Below are positions 28,828-37,233 of a stretch of 64,000 nucleotides of DNA, piece by piece (the first letter of the stretch is position 1; each line of letters begins with the position of its first letter). The notes under the pieces are model-generated. The model was not told where the DNA came from. It saw nothing but the letters and a program-made list of their open reading frames with translations, and ran no database searches. Where the stretch lies: IMG/VR virus record IMGVR_UViG_3300010162_000535, positions 12,205 through 76,204 of that record, one strand, 5' to 3'. Position numbers and translations under genes: made by a program. Source of the DNA: a virus.

Positions 28828-29685
28828 TCAAAAGTCAGCATTTTCTCTCGTAGCTAAATTATGGATAATATCGGCCTTTACGTCAGGATGCTGTTTTATG
28901 CAAAAAGCCACTTCATCCGCCATATTTAAATTGGGAGCTGAAGCTAAGCTGTCAGTCCCCAATAATACCTTTACACCTAAATCCAGCATCTTTTTCAATG
29001 GATATGGCTTATGACGAAAATAAAAATGCGACCTAGGACAATATACTACAGACATATGTGGGTGCTCAGCTAGGAACTTGAGCTCATTGTCCTCTAAATA
29101 ATTACCGTGCACAATAAATACCCTAGGAGCTACGCTCAATAACTTCAGATAATCTAGCGGCTGATACCCTAATAAAATATTAGCCGGATTATAATAACGA
29201 TCCATTCTTGTTTTATGTAGCTCCAACATTGCGCCAGTGCGACATCTTAATAATTCCAATTCCTCCAGCGTCTCAGCTAAATGAATAGAAATCGGGACTT
29301 TTTTGTTTATTGCGTAACCAATTAATTCAGGATGGACAGAATACGGTGCATGAAGGGCAATTCCAGCTGCCTTCTTGACCTGCGATAATTGCCTAATGGC
29401 CTGCTCTGCATATTCTGCACGCCAACCTAAGACAGCACAAAAAGGAAGCCAATTGGGCAATTCTTCAGCTAATTTATCAATACACCCAATAGGGGCAAAA
29501 TCAATTATGGCATCACTATTGCCTAGCTGGCTATAACCTAGCTTAATTCCTTCCTCCTCTCTAGGTGCAGCCTGCTGCTTCCAAATAATTAACTGCGTAG
29601 CCCACTCTAAAAAAGAACGATCTTCACAAATAATGGGCGATCCAATTTGACTTAAATTAAGATGTGCGTGCGCGTTGAAGTACAT
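28828..29685 (-). CDS. Amidohydrolase superfamily, nucleoside-deaminase-like
   Basis: NAHAHL (HxH), HAPYSV, IHLAET, VHGNYL, YCPRSH, GTDSLAS. Confidence 0.85.
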   Translation of the reverse strand: MYFNAHAHLNLSQIGSPIICEDRSFLEWATQLIIWKQQAAPREEEGIKLGYSQLGNSDAIIDFAPIGCIDKLAEELPNWLPFCAVLGWRAEYAEQAIRQLSQVKKAAGIALHAPYSVHPELIGYAINKKVPISIHLAETLEELELLRCRTGAMLELHKTRMDRYYNPANILLGYQPLDYLKLLSVAPRVFIVHGNYLEDNELKFLAEHPHMSVVYCPRSHFYFRHKPYPLKKMLDLGVKVLLGTDSLASAPNLNMADEVAFCIKQHPDVKADIIHNLATRENADF

Positions 29686-30331
29686 AAAGTCTGATCCAAT
29701 TAATTAATCCGGCAGCTGCAATCATGAATAGTACCCCATAAAGAATTGCCGTAAATGTAATCCCAACCAATATACATACAATTATCGCCACAATATTAGC
29801 CAGCATAAAGCAAGCAAAGGCCTCTAAATACCTTTGAGATAAAAGCATTACGCCAATTATGTTCAGCGACATAATAAATGTGTCAGCGTACGGGTAATTA
29901 GCTGGGACTGGGAATAAATAAGGGAACAGCTGATGGCTTACTGAATTTAAATGCCCAAATATCGCCATAGCTAACATCACAATAAATATTCCTTGAGCTA
30001 ACAAATAGCCGTCTAAACGTTTTATTAAAACTCGCTCATCTTTTCTTTTCCAATACCAAATTGCATAAAGTGCCACGCCAAAAAAGAATAGCTGAATTAT
30101 TACACTAGCGTACAGCTGGACTTGATAAAAAAGAGCAAAGAATAATAGGCCTTGAATTATGCAATAATACCAAGTCCAAATACTATTTCTGACAGAATAA
30201 TAGGCAGAAAGGATGCCGACTAGAATGGCGCTGGCCTCAATGTAGCTAAGCTCATACCCAAATATGGTCGCCATTATGTTTTCAATACTAAAAAATTCAA
30301 TCATTTTAAAATTAATAATCCTTCGATCCAA
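29657..30331 (-). CDS. pnuC: PnuC-family nucleoside/vitamin transporter
   Basis: Multi-TM; YYSVRNSIWTW, LYASVIIQLFF...YAIWYW, PYADTF, LLSQRYLE. The true start may be a downstream Met. Confidence 0.88.
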   Translation of the reverse strand: MDRRIINFKMIEFFSIENIMATIFGYELSYIEASAILVGILSAYYSVRNSIWTWYYCIIQGLLFFALFYQVQLYASVIIQLFFFGVALYAIWYWKRKDERVLIKRLDGYLLAQGIFIVMLAMAIFGHLNSVSHQLFPYLFPVPANYPYADTFIMSLNIIGVMLLSQRYLEAFACFMLANIVAIIVCILVGITFTAILYGVLFMIAAAGLINWIRLYVLQRARTS

Positions 30332-32679
30332 AGGCCATCTATGTTGTTATTTTTAAAGGTATTTACTGCGTTGTCAATGCTTTCAATAATTGGCTCCTGT
30401 ACATTGAAGGACGTATTGCACAGCATGGGAATATCTGTCAGGTTATTAAATTCCTCCAAAACCTCTTTAAAGCGTCTAGGATGCTCTCTTATTGACTGCA
30501 GCCTAGCTGTGCCGTTGTGATGCAGGATAGCTGGCACCTTGCTCTTCTGCGCTTCTTTAACCGGAAAAGCTTCAGTCATAAATGGAGAATAAACATAACC
30601 CTCAAACCAATTATGCCCTTCTCGGTCAAGAACTGCTGGGGCAACTGGTCGAAAATGCTGGCGTTTTTTAATTTCATTAAGCCTGTCTCGACTAATAATT
30701 GTCCTGGGGTCAGCTGTTATAGTACGATTACCTAAAGCTCGCGGCCCGAATTCACTGCGTCCGTCAAAAATAGCGATAATCTTGCCGTCTATTAATAATT
30801 TAGCTATTTCAGCTGGGGACGCTTCCCAGTAATTTAATTCCAATTCTGTTAGCTTTTGCCTTACTTCTCCCTGCGAGTAACTTGTACCCCAGGATGCGTG
30901 CGGCATACGGAATTTACTGGGATCTTCAAGGGCTAAGCACGCAGCGCCTAAAGCTAGTCCGCAGTCACTTGCCGCTGGCGGCACGAAAATATTATCCCAC
31001 CTACCTGTCTGCCTGATTTTATTAACTAATTGGCAGCTCATTGCACAACCACCAGCAAAACATAAATTACGAATTGATTGATCAGCGCATAAAGTCAGAA
31101 TATCCAAATGACGTAGCTCAAAATAAGTCTGGATGGTGTGGGCGACATTAGCTTGCTCCTCTTCTGTATGAGCAGCTGCAGTGTAGCTCATAAATTCCTT
31201 TAAAACATCAGTATTTGGGATTAACTCATTATTCTCCCAGCTAAATAATTCTCCAGTTAAGATTTTTGTACCATATGCTGACAGCGCCATTAGCGCTCCT
31301 TCGCTGCCCAATCCCATTCGATGTGATGTTCGTGTGTACCAGAAGCCCATCGTATTATAGGAATCACGATCAGGCTCTTCTACCTCTTGTACCCATTCAG
31401 GGCCTAAATGTCGGCACCTATGCTGCCAAACGGGCGTAATATTGTGTCCTTGCTGAATAGATAATGTAATCGAGAGATTATCATCCCCAGCGTGATCAGA
31501 CGTCAGGACGTAAGCTAGGTCAAAGCCAGAAGGGTAATATGCACTAGCTGCATGACAGGCGTGATGCCCGTACATGTTTTCTTGTTCAGCTAGTTCCCGG
31601 GTATTTTCAATAAATAGTCGTAAAGAACAATTTTCAGATAATCTAGTTAAAGGGACAGAATTACAATGTGCGACCTTTGAATATTTAGTATTATTTATTC
31701 GCTTATAACCCTGTATTGGGAGCCGCTTCCCTTCTGTTGTGAAATTAGACGAATGCCCTACGCCATCTGCCTTCTTTTTACGATTAAATCGTTCTTCCTC
31801 TAATAGCAGCTCCGGGCCAGCTTCCTTAATCACAGCTAACCCAATGTCATGTGTGATAACATGTGCGCCTAATATCTTTTTCGAGTCTTTAGCTACCTGC
31901 CTGTACTGCTGAAGAATATTGGTTTTATCTAATTCAGCTCGTTGTGGGCCCATATATGCGTAGTGCGCAAATAATTTCCCGCCTACTACTAAATTATGCC
32001 GACCCATTATTTTAGGTAAATAATCGCCAAGAAGATGCTCATCATTTCTGTCTCCCTTAAAAATATCGGGGCCTAATTGCGCCATATCATGCCCAAAATA
32101 GGCAATAACATTAATCACACAATAATCATCCAGTACTCTAGTTGACGGAAAGCGTAAACTGTCCAAAGCATCATTAGCCCAGCAATCCAGCAATATTTCA
32201 TGCCATTTTTCAGCGCCATTCCCGCGATTAAGTATTTCATTAGCTACCTTATTGCCCTTTTGAGCTAATGTCTCTAAATATTCAGCTCGCTTTTTTGTAG
32301 CTATATGGTCATTTACTACATTTGGTAGAACTATAAGGGGTTCAGGATTACGCACACGATAGCCCACTAATTCAGCTATTGCGCCATCTTCTACAAAAAC
32401 AATATCATCATCTATCTTTATATAGACAGTATTCTCTTCACAAGTAGTCTGATAAAACCTAGCTACGCCGCAGCTATTTAAATTATCATTGGGCGGATTA
32501 ACAAGAATTACGTCTTTTTGAAGGCTAATCCAATCTAAATCATCATTATTTTTCGTATTTATCCATAGGCGTATTTCATCTATTACGGTGCAGCGCTGCA
32601 GATACGGAAGCAATATTTCAAGATATTTCCGCCGACCACTTGGTACACAAGCTACAATTTTATAATTTTCAAAGCTCAT
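30301..32679 (-). CDS. Fusion of a GT-A-like domain with a NodU/CmcH-family O-carbamoyltransferase
   Basis: N-half GRRKYLEIL...YIKIDDDIVF; C-part HDIGLA...EEERFNRKK, HHACHAASAY, DCGLALGAA, EFGPRALGNR, RQHFRPVAP, NTSFN. Confidence 0.9.
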   Translation of the reverse strand: MSFENYKIVACVPSGRRKYLEILLPYLQRCTVIDEIRLWINTKNNDDLDWISLQKDVILVNPPNDNLNSCGVARFYQTTCEENTVYIKIDDDIVFVEDGAIAELVGYRVRNPEPLIVLPNVVNDHIATKKRAEYLETLAQKGNKVANEILNRGNGAEKWHEILLDCWANDALDSLRFPSTRVLDDYCVINVIAYFGHDMAQLGPDIFKGDRNDEHLLGDYLPKIMGRHNLVVGGKLFAHYAYMGPQRAELDKTNILQQYRQVAKDSKKILGAHVITHDIGLAVIKEAGPELLLEEERFNRKKKADGVGHSSNFTTEGKRLPIQGYKRINNTKYSKVAHCNSVPLTRLSENCSLRLFIENTRELAEQENMYGHHACHAASAYYPSGFDLAYVLTSDHAGDDNLSITLSIQQGHNITPVWQHRCRHLGPEWVQEVEEPDRDSYNTMGFWYTRTSHRMGLGSEGALMALSAYGTKILTGELFSWENNELIPNTDVLKEFMSYTAAAHTEEEQANVAHTIQTYFELRHLDILTLCADQSIRNLCFAGGCAMSCQLVNKIRQTGRWDNIFVPPAASDCGLALGAACLALEDPSKFRMPHASWGTSYSQGEVRQKLTELELNYWEASPAEIAKLLIDGKIIAIFDGRSEFGPRALGNRTITADPRTIISRDRLNEIKKRQHFRPVAPAVLDREGHNWFEGYVYSPFMTEAFPVKEAQKSKVPAILHHNGTARLQSIREHPRRFKEVLEEFNNLTDIPMLCNTSFNVQEPIIESIDNAVNTFKNNNIDGLWIEGLLILK

Positions 32680-32682
32680 TTA

Positions 32683-33291
32683 TTACAATGCCCAGGTATG
32701 TTCCCAATGATGCACGCTGAATGATTCCGGCTTAATATAATCTTCCCAGTTTTTATCTCTATCGGAAAAAGGAAAGGGATAAAAATAATCTAAAGGATAT
32801 ATTGTTACAGCTTTAGGAAAAAAAGGCTTAATATGTTCACCAAATATCGAGGGAAGCGTAGCGTAGCTAAATTTTGCCCTCAAGTAATACCTGCACATAG
32901 CGTGCATTAATGGGTGCTCTTTTTCTGCCCCGATAATACCGCAACCTACGGCAAAATCATCTTCTTTCTCGTATTCCTTACCAACAAAACATTTATTAAT
33001 TAATAATTCATCCAGCGGTTTTAATATTCGCGTATCAGTATCTAGCCAAATACCTCCAAAGTCAGCTAACACCTGGAATCTTACATAATCTGCAACAAAT
33101 GCCCATTTTTTCCTTTTAGCAGCCTCTCTAATATAAGGACACCAATTTAAATCAAAATTATCCTCATTCCATAGCTTCAGCTCATAATTTGGCAATAACC
33201 TTTCCCAAGACTCTAGGCACTCTACTCTTAGTGAGCTAGAGGTTAGCTCGCTAGCCCCAAACCAGGCATAATGTATTATTTTAGGAATCAT
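32683..33291 (-). CDS. GT32 (OCH1-like, DxD) glycosyltransferase
   Basis: MIPKIIHYAWFG, AFVADYVRF, GGIWLDTD, FYPF, HHWEHTW. Confidence 0.92.
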   Translation of the reverse strand: MIPKIIHYAWFGASELTSSSLRVECLESWERLLPNYELKLWNEDNFDLNWCPYIREAAKRKKWAFVADYVRFQVLADFGGIWLDTDTRILKPLDELLINKCFVGKEYEKEDDFAVGCGIIGAEKEHPLMHAMCRYYLRAKFSYATLPSIFGEHIKPFFPKAVTIYPLDYFYPFPFSDRDKNWEDYIKPESFSVHHWEHTWAL

Positions 33292-34187
33292 ATTAAATTA
33301 TTCTCTTTGCACCATTTAGCCCAATAAGCAACGCCAGCATATTTCACAGTAACACTTGAATGTAAAATGCTTGCGTTATTAGGTTTACCTGAAACATTTC
33401 CATATTCCCTCATTTTAGCTAGCGGCTCGTCATGTTCCTGTGTCCAGGCAAATAAATATCTTTTATCGTCTGTCTCAATTAAATTAGGATAATACAGAGA
33501 AGCTAGCTGCAATAATAATTGATCATCGTTAATCCACTGATGTAATTGCCCATAAAACATTGGGTCTCTCATGCAATATTCAGCTACGCCCTGGCGAGGT
33601 TGATCGGCCATTAATTCTCGCTGTATTTCAATTACTCTAATAAACAGCTCTTTTATCGCACTAATTGACCCAAATAATGCCCCGGCATTTAAATGCTTTC
33701 CTTCAGCTAAAATCCAGCTCTTATACTCAGCATTCTGATATGGATAAATATGATTATCTAATTCTCTATTAAATAATACTGTCCCTGGTTTATAAATATC
33801 AAGGGCTTTTTGTATTATTGTGGGAAAATTATCAGTAAATACAATATCAGCTGAATCCAAAATAAATGTGTGAGTAATTCCTTGAGCTTGTAAGTAGCTA
33901 GCTTGCCGGAGGAATTGCTGTATTTTATGGTAGGTGAAGCCTTTCCATTGTTCTCTGAAACTGAGCCATTTAAGTGGAATTTGAAACTTCCTAGCTGATC
34001 TAATGAAAGTATCTATCTTTTGATAAGTGCTATTTTCATAGGCTGCGACAGAAAGAATAGCTGTATTTGAGCCAAAGCCACTAGCTTCAAAGAATTGATC
34101 TGGTAGTGCATTTGTGAAGCCATTAATATTACTTACAAGAGGAGTACCATATTCCTGTATGGCCTGTGTAAATCTAGTGCTGTGCAT
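33288..34187 (-). CDS. PLOD-type glycosyltransferase domain protein
   Basis: FILDSADIVF, VLFNRE, LNAGALFGSI, DDQLLLQL, ILHS. Confidence 0.8.
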   Translation of the reverse strand: MHSTRFTQAIQEYGTPLVSNINGFTNALPDQFFEASGFGSNTAILSVAAYENSTYQKIDTFIRSARKFQIPLKWLSFREQWKGFTYHKIQQFLRQASYLQAQGITHTFILDSADIVFTDNFPTIIQKALDIYKPGTVLFNRELDNHIYPYQNAEYKSWILAEGKHLNAGALFGSISAIKELFIRVIEIQRELMADQPRQGVAEYCMRDPMFYGQLHQWINDDQLLLQLASLYYPNLIETDDKRYLFAWTQEHDEPLAKMREYGNVSGKPNNASILHSSVTVKYAGVAYWAKWCKENNLI

Positions 34188-34426
34188 TATTTGTTAGAGC
34201 CGCAGCTACTGCAGCTACGACGCTGCTGTATTGTGTAGCGTTGTACCTGTATTATAGTGTTTTTTAAGCTGGCGGGTTCTCGCGCGAGAATGTCGCTATG
34301 AAATACACATGATTCTTTGTTGCAATTAGTCGAGCAGTTAGCTGGTTGTCCTTTTTTACACTGTACTTGCCAGCCTCCTTCACACTTAATTGGCCGTATT
34401 CTAGCCCAAATACATGGGAGTCTCAT
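34187..34426 (-). CDS. Small Cys-rich protein
   Basis: 79 aa with 8 Cys, ending RRSCSSCGSNK; AGGAGG SD upstream. Confidence 0.65.
   Translation of the reverse strand: MRLPCIWARIRPIKCEGGWQVQCKKGQPANCSTNCNKESCVFHSDILAREPASLKNTIIQVQRYTIQQRRSCSSCGSNK
34277..34290. repeat. Palindrome TTCTCGCGCGAGAA, copy 4 of 5
   Basis: Here a full 14-bp palindrome inside a CDS (codons I-L-A-R-E). Confidence 0.9.
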
Positions 34427-34474
34427 GGCTATTGCCTCCTAAGGCTTGAGGCCTTTAGGAGGCCTCTATTAATT

Positions 34475-34557
34475 TAAGCTACCTTCTTACTCTGTTGGTA
34501 TTCTTTTATATTACGGAACAATATCGTAGGCTTTTTAATTAAGCTACCTTCTTACTC
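34475..34557. repeat. Direct repeat TAAGCTACCTTCTTACTC x2 (34475-34492, 34540-34557)
   Basis: Exact 18-bp copies 65 bp apart in a ~320-bp non-coding gap; similarity extends leftwards to AGGC. Confidence 0.85.
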
Positions 34558-34716
34558 ATATTGTTTTATTAGCCCTCAAGGTACAGGCCTTTAATGGTTC
34601 TCTAGAACTATCGCTTTATTTATTTAATTGCCCGTTGTTTTGTATTGGGCTTTTATAGTTGCCTACAACTATCGGAAAGAACGATTAATCTTTATGTCCT
34701 TACTATTATTATATCT

Positions 34717-34744
34717 AAAAAAAAAGGAGCCTAGGCTCCTTTTT
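34717..34744. terminator. Terminator hairpin, possibly bidirectional
   Basis: A-run, GGAGC-CTAG-GCTCC, T-run. Confidence 0.85.
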
Positions 34745-34748
34745 CAAT

Positions 34749-35027
34749 TTAGCTCTTTGGTTTCTTTGGTATTGGGTAATTTTCAAAGAGTTTATTCCAA
34801 AGTTCTTTTCTTTCTTTGGCAAAGGCTGCTAGTTCGGCATCAAGCTCTTTCAAACGAGTTTCGATTTCATTCCGCCTAGTTTTCAGTTCTTTCGATGACA
34901 TTGCGTTTATTTCAGCAGCGGTCATTGGGGTCAATTTCTTTGGCCCAGGTTTAATTTCCGCGGTTGTTGCGGCGATTACGGCTGGGTCTTTGGCTGTACC
35001 TTTTTTAGGTTTTCTTGGTGTTGACAT
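34749..35027 (-). CDS. Small basic coiled-coil protein
   Basis: 92 aa, K/P-rich; GAAAGGAG SD. Confidence 0.75.
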   Translation of the reverse strand: MSTPRKPKKGTAKDPAVIAATTAEIKPGPKKLTPMTAAEINAMSSKELKTRRNEIETRLKELDAELAAFAKERKELWNKLFENYPIPKKPKS

Positions 35028-35055
35028 TTTAATCTCCTTTCATTGTTAAAGTATG

Positions 35056-35070
35056 TCAAGGTTTTATGCC
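35056..35070 (-). promoter_or_regulatory. Promoter-like motif GGCATAAAACCTTGA
   Basis: Consensus match between terminator and SD; followed by CTTTAAC. Confidence 0.65.
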
Positions 35071-35095
35071 AGCTAAACTGTAGCTTTTTAATAGT

Positions 35096-35121
35096 AAAAA
35101 AAGGAGCAGCCTAAGCTGCTC
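35096..35121 (-). terminator. Rho-independent terminator
   Basis: GAGCAGC-4nt-GCTGCTC then C and T7. Confidence 0.85.
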
Positions 35122-35125
35122 ATTA

Positions 35126-35587
35126 TTAAGTGAAGGATTTACTGCTGCGGATAATACGGCAGTCAAAGCTAGCGGCTTGTCGAGCATGCGCCAGGCGTTC
35201 TTCACACGCTTGTTCTGCTGCTTCTGCGACTGTTATGCCCTTTATTTTTTGGGCTGCCATGGCCGCTGCTTGTTGTGGGTTCTTTATGACGCTATTAACG
35301 TTATAGCGGAAGTCACAGAGGCTTTCACCGGGTTTTCCCAACTGAAGGTCTCTATCACTTTCTATGTCTCTTTTGAAGACGATGAAAAACACTGCGACGG
35401 ACTTTGCGTCCATTTCCAGTGCTGTTGGTAGCAAACTTACTATTTCAGCCACGACTGAAACAGTAAGTTTGCAGCTTGCTGTTTCCAGAACTTGCTTAAT
35501 TGTAGCGAGTTCTGCTTCTTCCACTGCGTCTATAGGCGCATACAGAAAAGTTTTCTTAGCCTTTTTAGGCATACTGACTCCTTTCAT
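35126..35587 (-). CDS. Hypothetical protein
   Basis: Probable true start is the ATG of MPKK about 15 nt downstream of the track start, because the track start overlaps the GAAAGGAG SD. Confidence 0.7.
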   Translation of the reverse strand: MKGVSMPKKAKKTFLYAPIDAVEEAELATIKQVLETASCKLTVSVVAEIVSLLPTALEMDAKSVAVFFIVFKRDIESDRDLQLGKPGESLCDFRYNVNSVIKNPQQAAAMAAQKIKGITVAEAAEQACEERLAHARQAASFDCRIIRSSKSFT

Positions 35588-35670
35588 AAATAGGGGTTAA
35601 AGAATATCAAAATTATTTACCTTAGAAGGGGCTACCTTTTAGCTAAAAAAAGGAGGGAGCTAAGCTCCCT
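35579..35670 (-). promoter_or_regulatory. Terminator-promoter-SD cassette, copy A (motif GGTAAATAATTTTGA at 35607-35621)
   Basis: Near-identical to 36443-36530 over about 90 bp. Confidence 0.8.
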
Positions 35671-35675
35671 TGTTT

Positions 35676-36020
35676 TTAGCCATAGCCTCGGTTCCGTCTT
35701 TTACCTCCGGGCTTCTTAGGGCACGGCGGGCTAAGAGGTGGTACAGAGGGATTAAGAATAGCTTCAAGCTTATTCTTAAATCGGTAAATTTCGGAGCGGT
35801 GCGTACTCTCTAGAAATAATCCTATTTCTACTCTGAGTGATTCCGTCTTCTTTGGCTCACCAAGTTTCTTGATGTCGTGGAGCAGGCGTAAGCTGGCGAT
35901 TAACGTTTTCTTATCCTCTGCTCCAAGTTCGGGATTATCTGCGGCACGTTCAGCAATATTACTGAGATGCAGATAACAATGCGATTCTAGTTCCTTTATT
36001 CGTAAAGAATCCATCCACAT
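35676..36020 (-). CDS. Hypothetical protein
   Basis: 114 aa; no SD; CTTTAAC-CCCCC-TTATG leader. Confidence 0.65.
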   Translation of the reverse strand: MWMDSLRIKELESHCYLHLSNIAERAADNPELGAEDKKTLIASLRLLHDIKKLGEPKKTESLRVEIGLFLESTHRSEIYRFKNKLEAILNPSVPPLSPPCPKKPGGKRRNRGYG

Positions 36021-36041
36021 AAGGGGGGTTAAAGTGATACT

Positions 36042-36056
36042 ACATAAATACTTACC
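36042..36056 (-). promoter_or_regulatory. Promoter-like motif GGTAAGTATTTATGT
   Basis: Consensus match. Confidence 0.55.
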
Positions 36057-36080
36057 TTATTTAAATAATTCTTTTAAGCT

Positions 36081-36116
36081 AAAAAAGGGAGAGAAGGTTG
36101 TTACACCTTATCTCCC
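36081..36116 (-). terminator. Rho-independent terminator
   Basis: GGGAGA..AAGGT hairpin followed by T6-AGCT. Confidence 0.75.
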
Positions 36117-36147
36117 GTAGAGCTAAGCTCTAGCACGGCTGCTATTT

Positions 36148-36438
36148 TTAGGCAGCAGACTCGTATGCATCTAACACCATATCAATAGCCTCTATTTCTG
36201 CATTGAGTGCTGCTATGATCGCTTTTTGCTTTAGCGCTCTTTCCCGATAATCTTTTTTGTCTTTTTTATGGCCGTTAGGGTCTTTGCTTAGATCGCCATA
36301 TAAGCTAGCGGATTTATCTAGCTCAACAATAGCTTCCAGTAATACGCTACGGGCATAGACTGTTGCACGATATGCAGACTCTACGCTGTGCGGGCCATCT
36401 TCGAGGTAGCACGCTGCTACGACTCTTTTCTTCGTCAT
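36148..36438 (-). CDS. Hypothetical helical protein
   Basis: 96 aa; GAAAGGA SD. Confidence 0.7.
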   Translation of the reverse strand: MTKKRVVAACYLEDGPHSVESAYRATVYARSVLLEAIVELDKSASLYGDLSKDPNGHKKDKKDYRERALKQKAIIAALNAEIEAIDMVLDAYESAA

Positions 36439-36442
36439 AATT

Positions 36443-36536
36443 TCCTTTCATAAAAGGGTTAAAGAATATCAACTTTATTTACCCGTAAATTAGCTACCTT
36501 TTAGCTAAAAAAGAGGGAGCTAAGCTCCCTCTTTTT
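36443..36536 (-). promoter_or_regulatory. Terminator-promoter-SD cassette, copy B (motif GGTAAATAAAGTTGA at 36469-36483)
   Basis: Near-identical to 35579-35670; hairpin AAAAAGAGGGAGC-TAA-GCTCCCTCTTTTT. Confidence 0.8.
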
Positions 36537-36825
36537 ATTTCCTTTTAGGTTTCAGCAAGTTTTGCCAATTGACTAAACTTTCGTTGTAGCAGTCAAGTGC
36601 ATAATCACGAGCCACCACTAACCCTGCCCGTTGGTTATTTACGGACATTGTCATTATTTGTTCTGCCAATGCTCGGTATTCCCACCACTTTAACACTGCA
36701 TCCGCTAAGGCGCAGCTTATCAAACCTTTTTTCAGGTTCCGAATCAGCTGCATATCAGCTTCTTCGGAAACGCCAAAACCTTGGGCGAGCAAAATCGCCG
36801 CCATACTAACTCTCGATACATTCAT
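36535..36825 (-). CDS. Hypothetical protein
   Basis: 96 aa, third gene of the DHH operon. Confidence 0.6.
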   Translation of the reverse strand: MNVSRVSMAAILLAQGFGVSEEADMQLIRNLKKGLISCALADAVLKWWEYRALAEQIMTMSVNNQRAGLVVARDYALDCYNESLVNWQNLLKPKRK

Positions 36826-36851
36826 AAGCTCTCAGTACAAATCCTTTCGTG

Positions 36852-37208
36852 TTACGAGCAGCCGCCGCAGCAACCATGCTCTACGTTAATATTCACCACT
36901 TTGAGCAACAGCGCCCTAGCAGCCGGACCAAATTGATCCATTTCCTTCTGAATATGCTCATCACCATACTCCTCTTGCCAATCTATCGTCCAAGGGCCTT
37001 CGCCCTGGCTGATGTCCGAGGTGGTATAGTCATATGTACAATACCCTCCAGACGTAAGACATCTTTTCCAAGAATATCTTGTTTTAGTATTATTTCTATC
37101 AACAGTATCAAAGACTAATGTGCCCGAACATAAATTTGGCCATTTACCGCTATATGATACAAATTTAATATCTTGAATATCTACGAATTTAGCTGCTTTC
37201 TTAGGCAT
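36852..37208 (-). CDS. Hypothetical phage protein with C-terminal GCCGGC
   Basis: YSGKWPNLCSGTL...TSGG...HGCCGGCS. Confidence 0.7.
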   Translation of the reverse strand: MPKKAAKFVDIQDIKFVSYSGKWPNLCSGTLVFDTVDRNNTKTRYSWKRCLTSGGYCTYDYTTSDISQGEGPWTIDWQEEYGDEHIQKEMDQFGPAARALLLKVVNINVEHGCCGGCS

Positions 37209-37233
37209 TAGCGTGTTGCGCCGTAAGGTTTTA

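Noticed and set aside
10158-34187. Interpretation as a bacterial chromosomal capsule/O-antigen locus, or as a eukaryotic giant virus
   Set aside because: No flippase, polymerase or exporter and no housekeeping genes; near-unidirectional phage-like layout. SD sites, intrinsic terminators and a bacterial-type RNAP argue against a nucleocytoplasmic giant virus.
34460-34590. Mini-CRISPR array (repeat-spacer-repeat of ~30/35 bp)
   Set aside because: Only two imperfect units, no palindromic repeat and no cas genes; kept as a direct repeat.
35056-35070. Sigma54 (-24/-12) promoter reading of TGGCA...TTG
   Set aside because: Spacing is one base too long in every copy, the -12 C is never present and most copies read GGTA.
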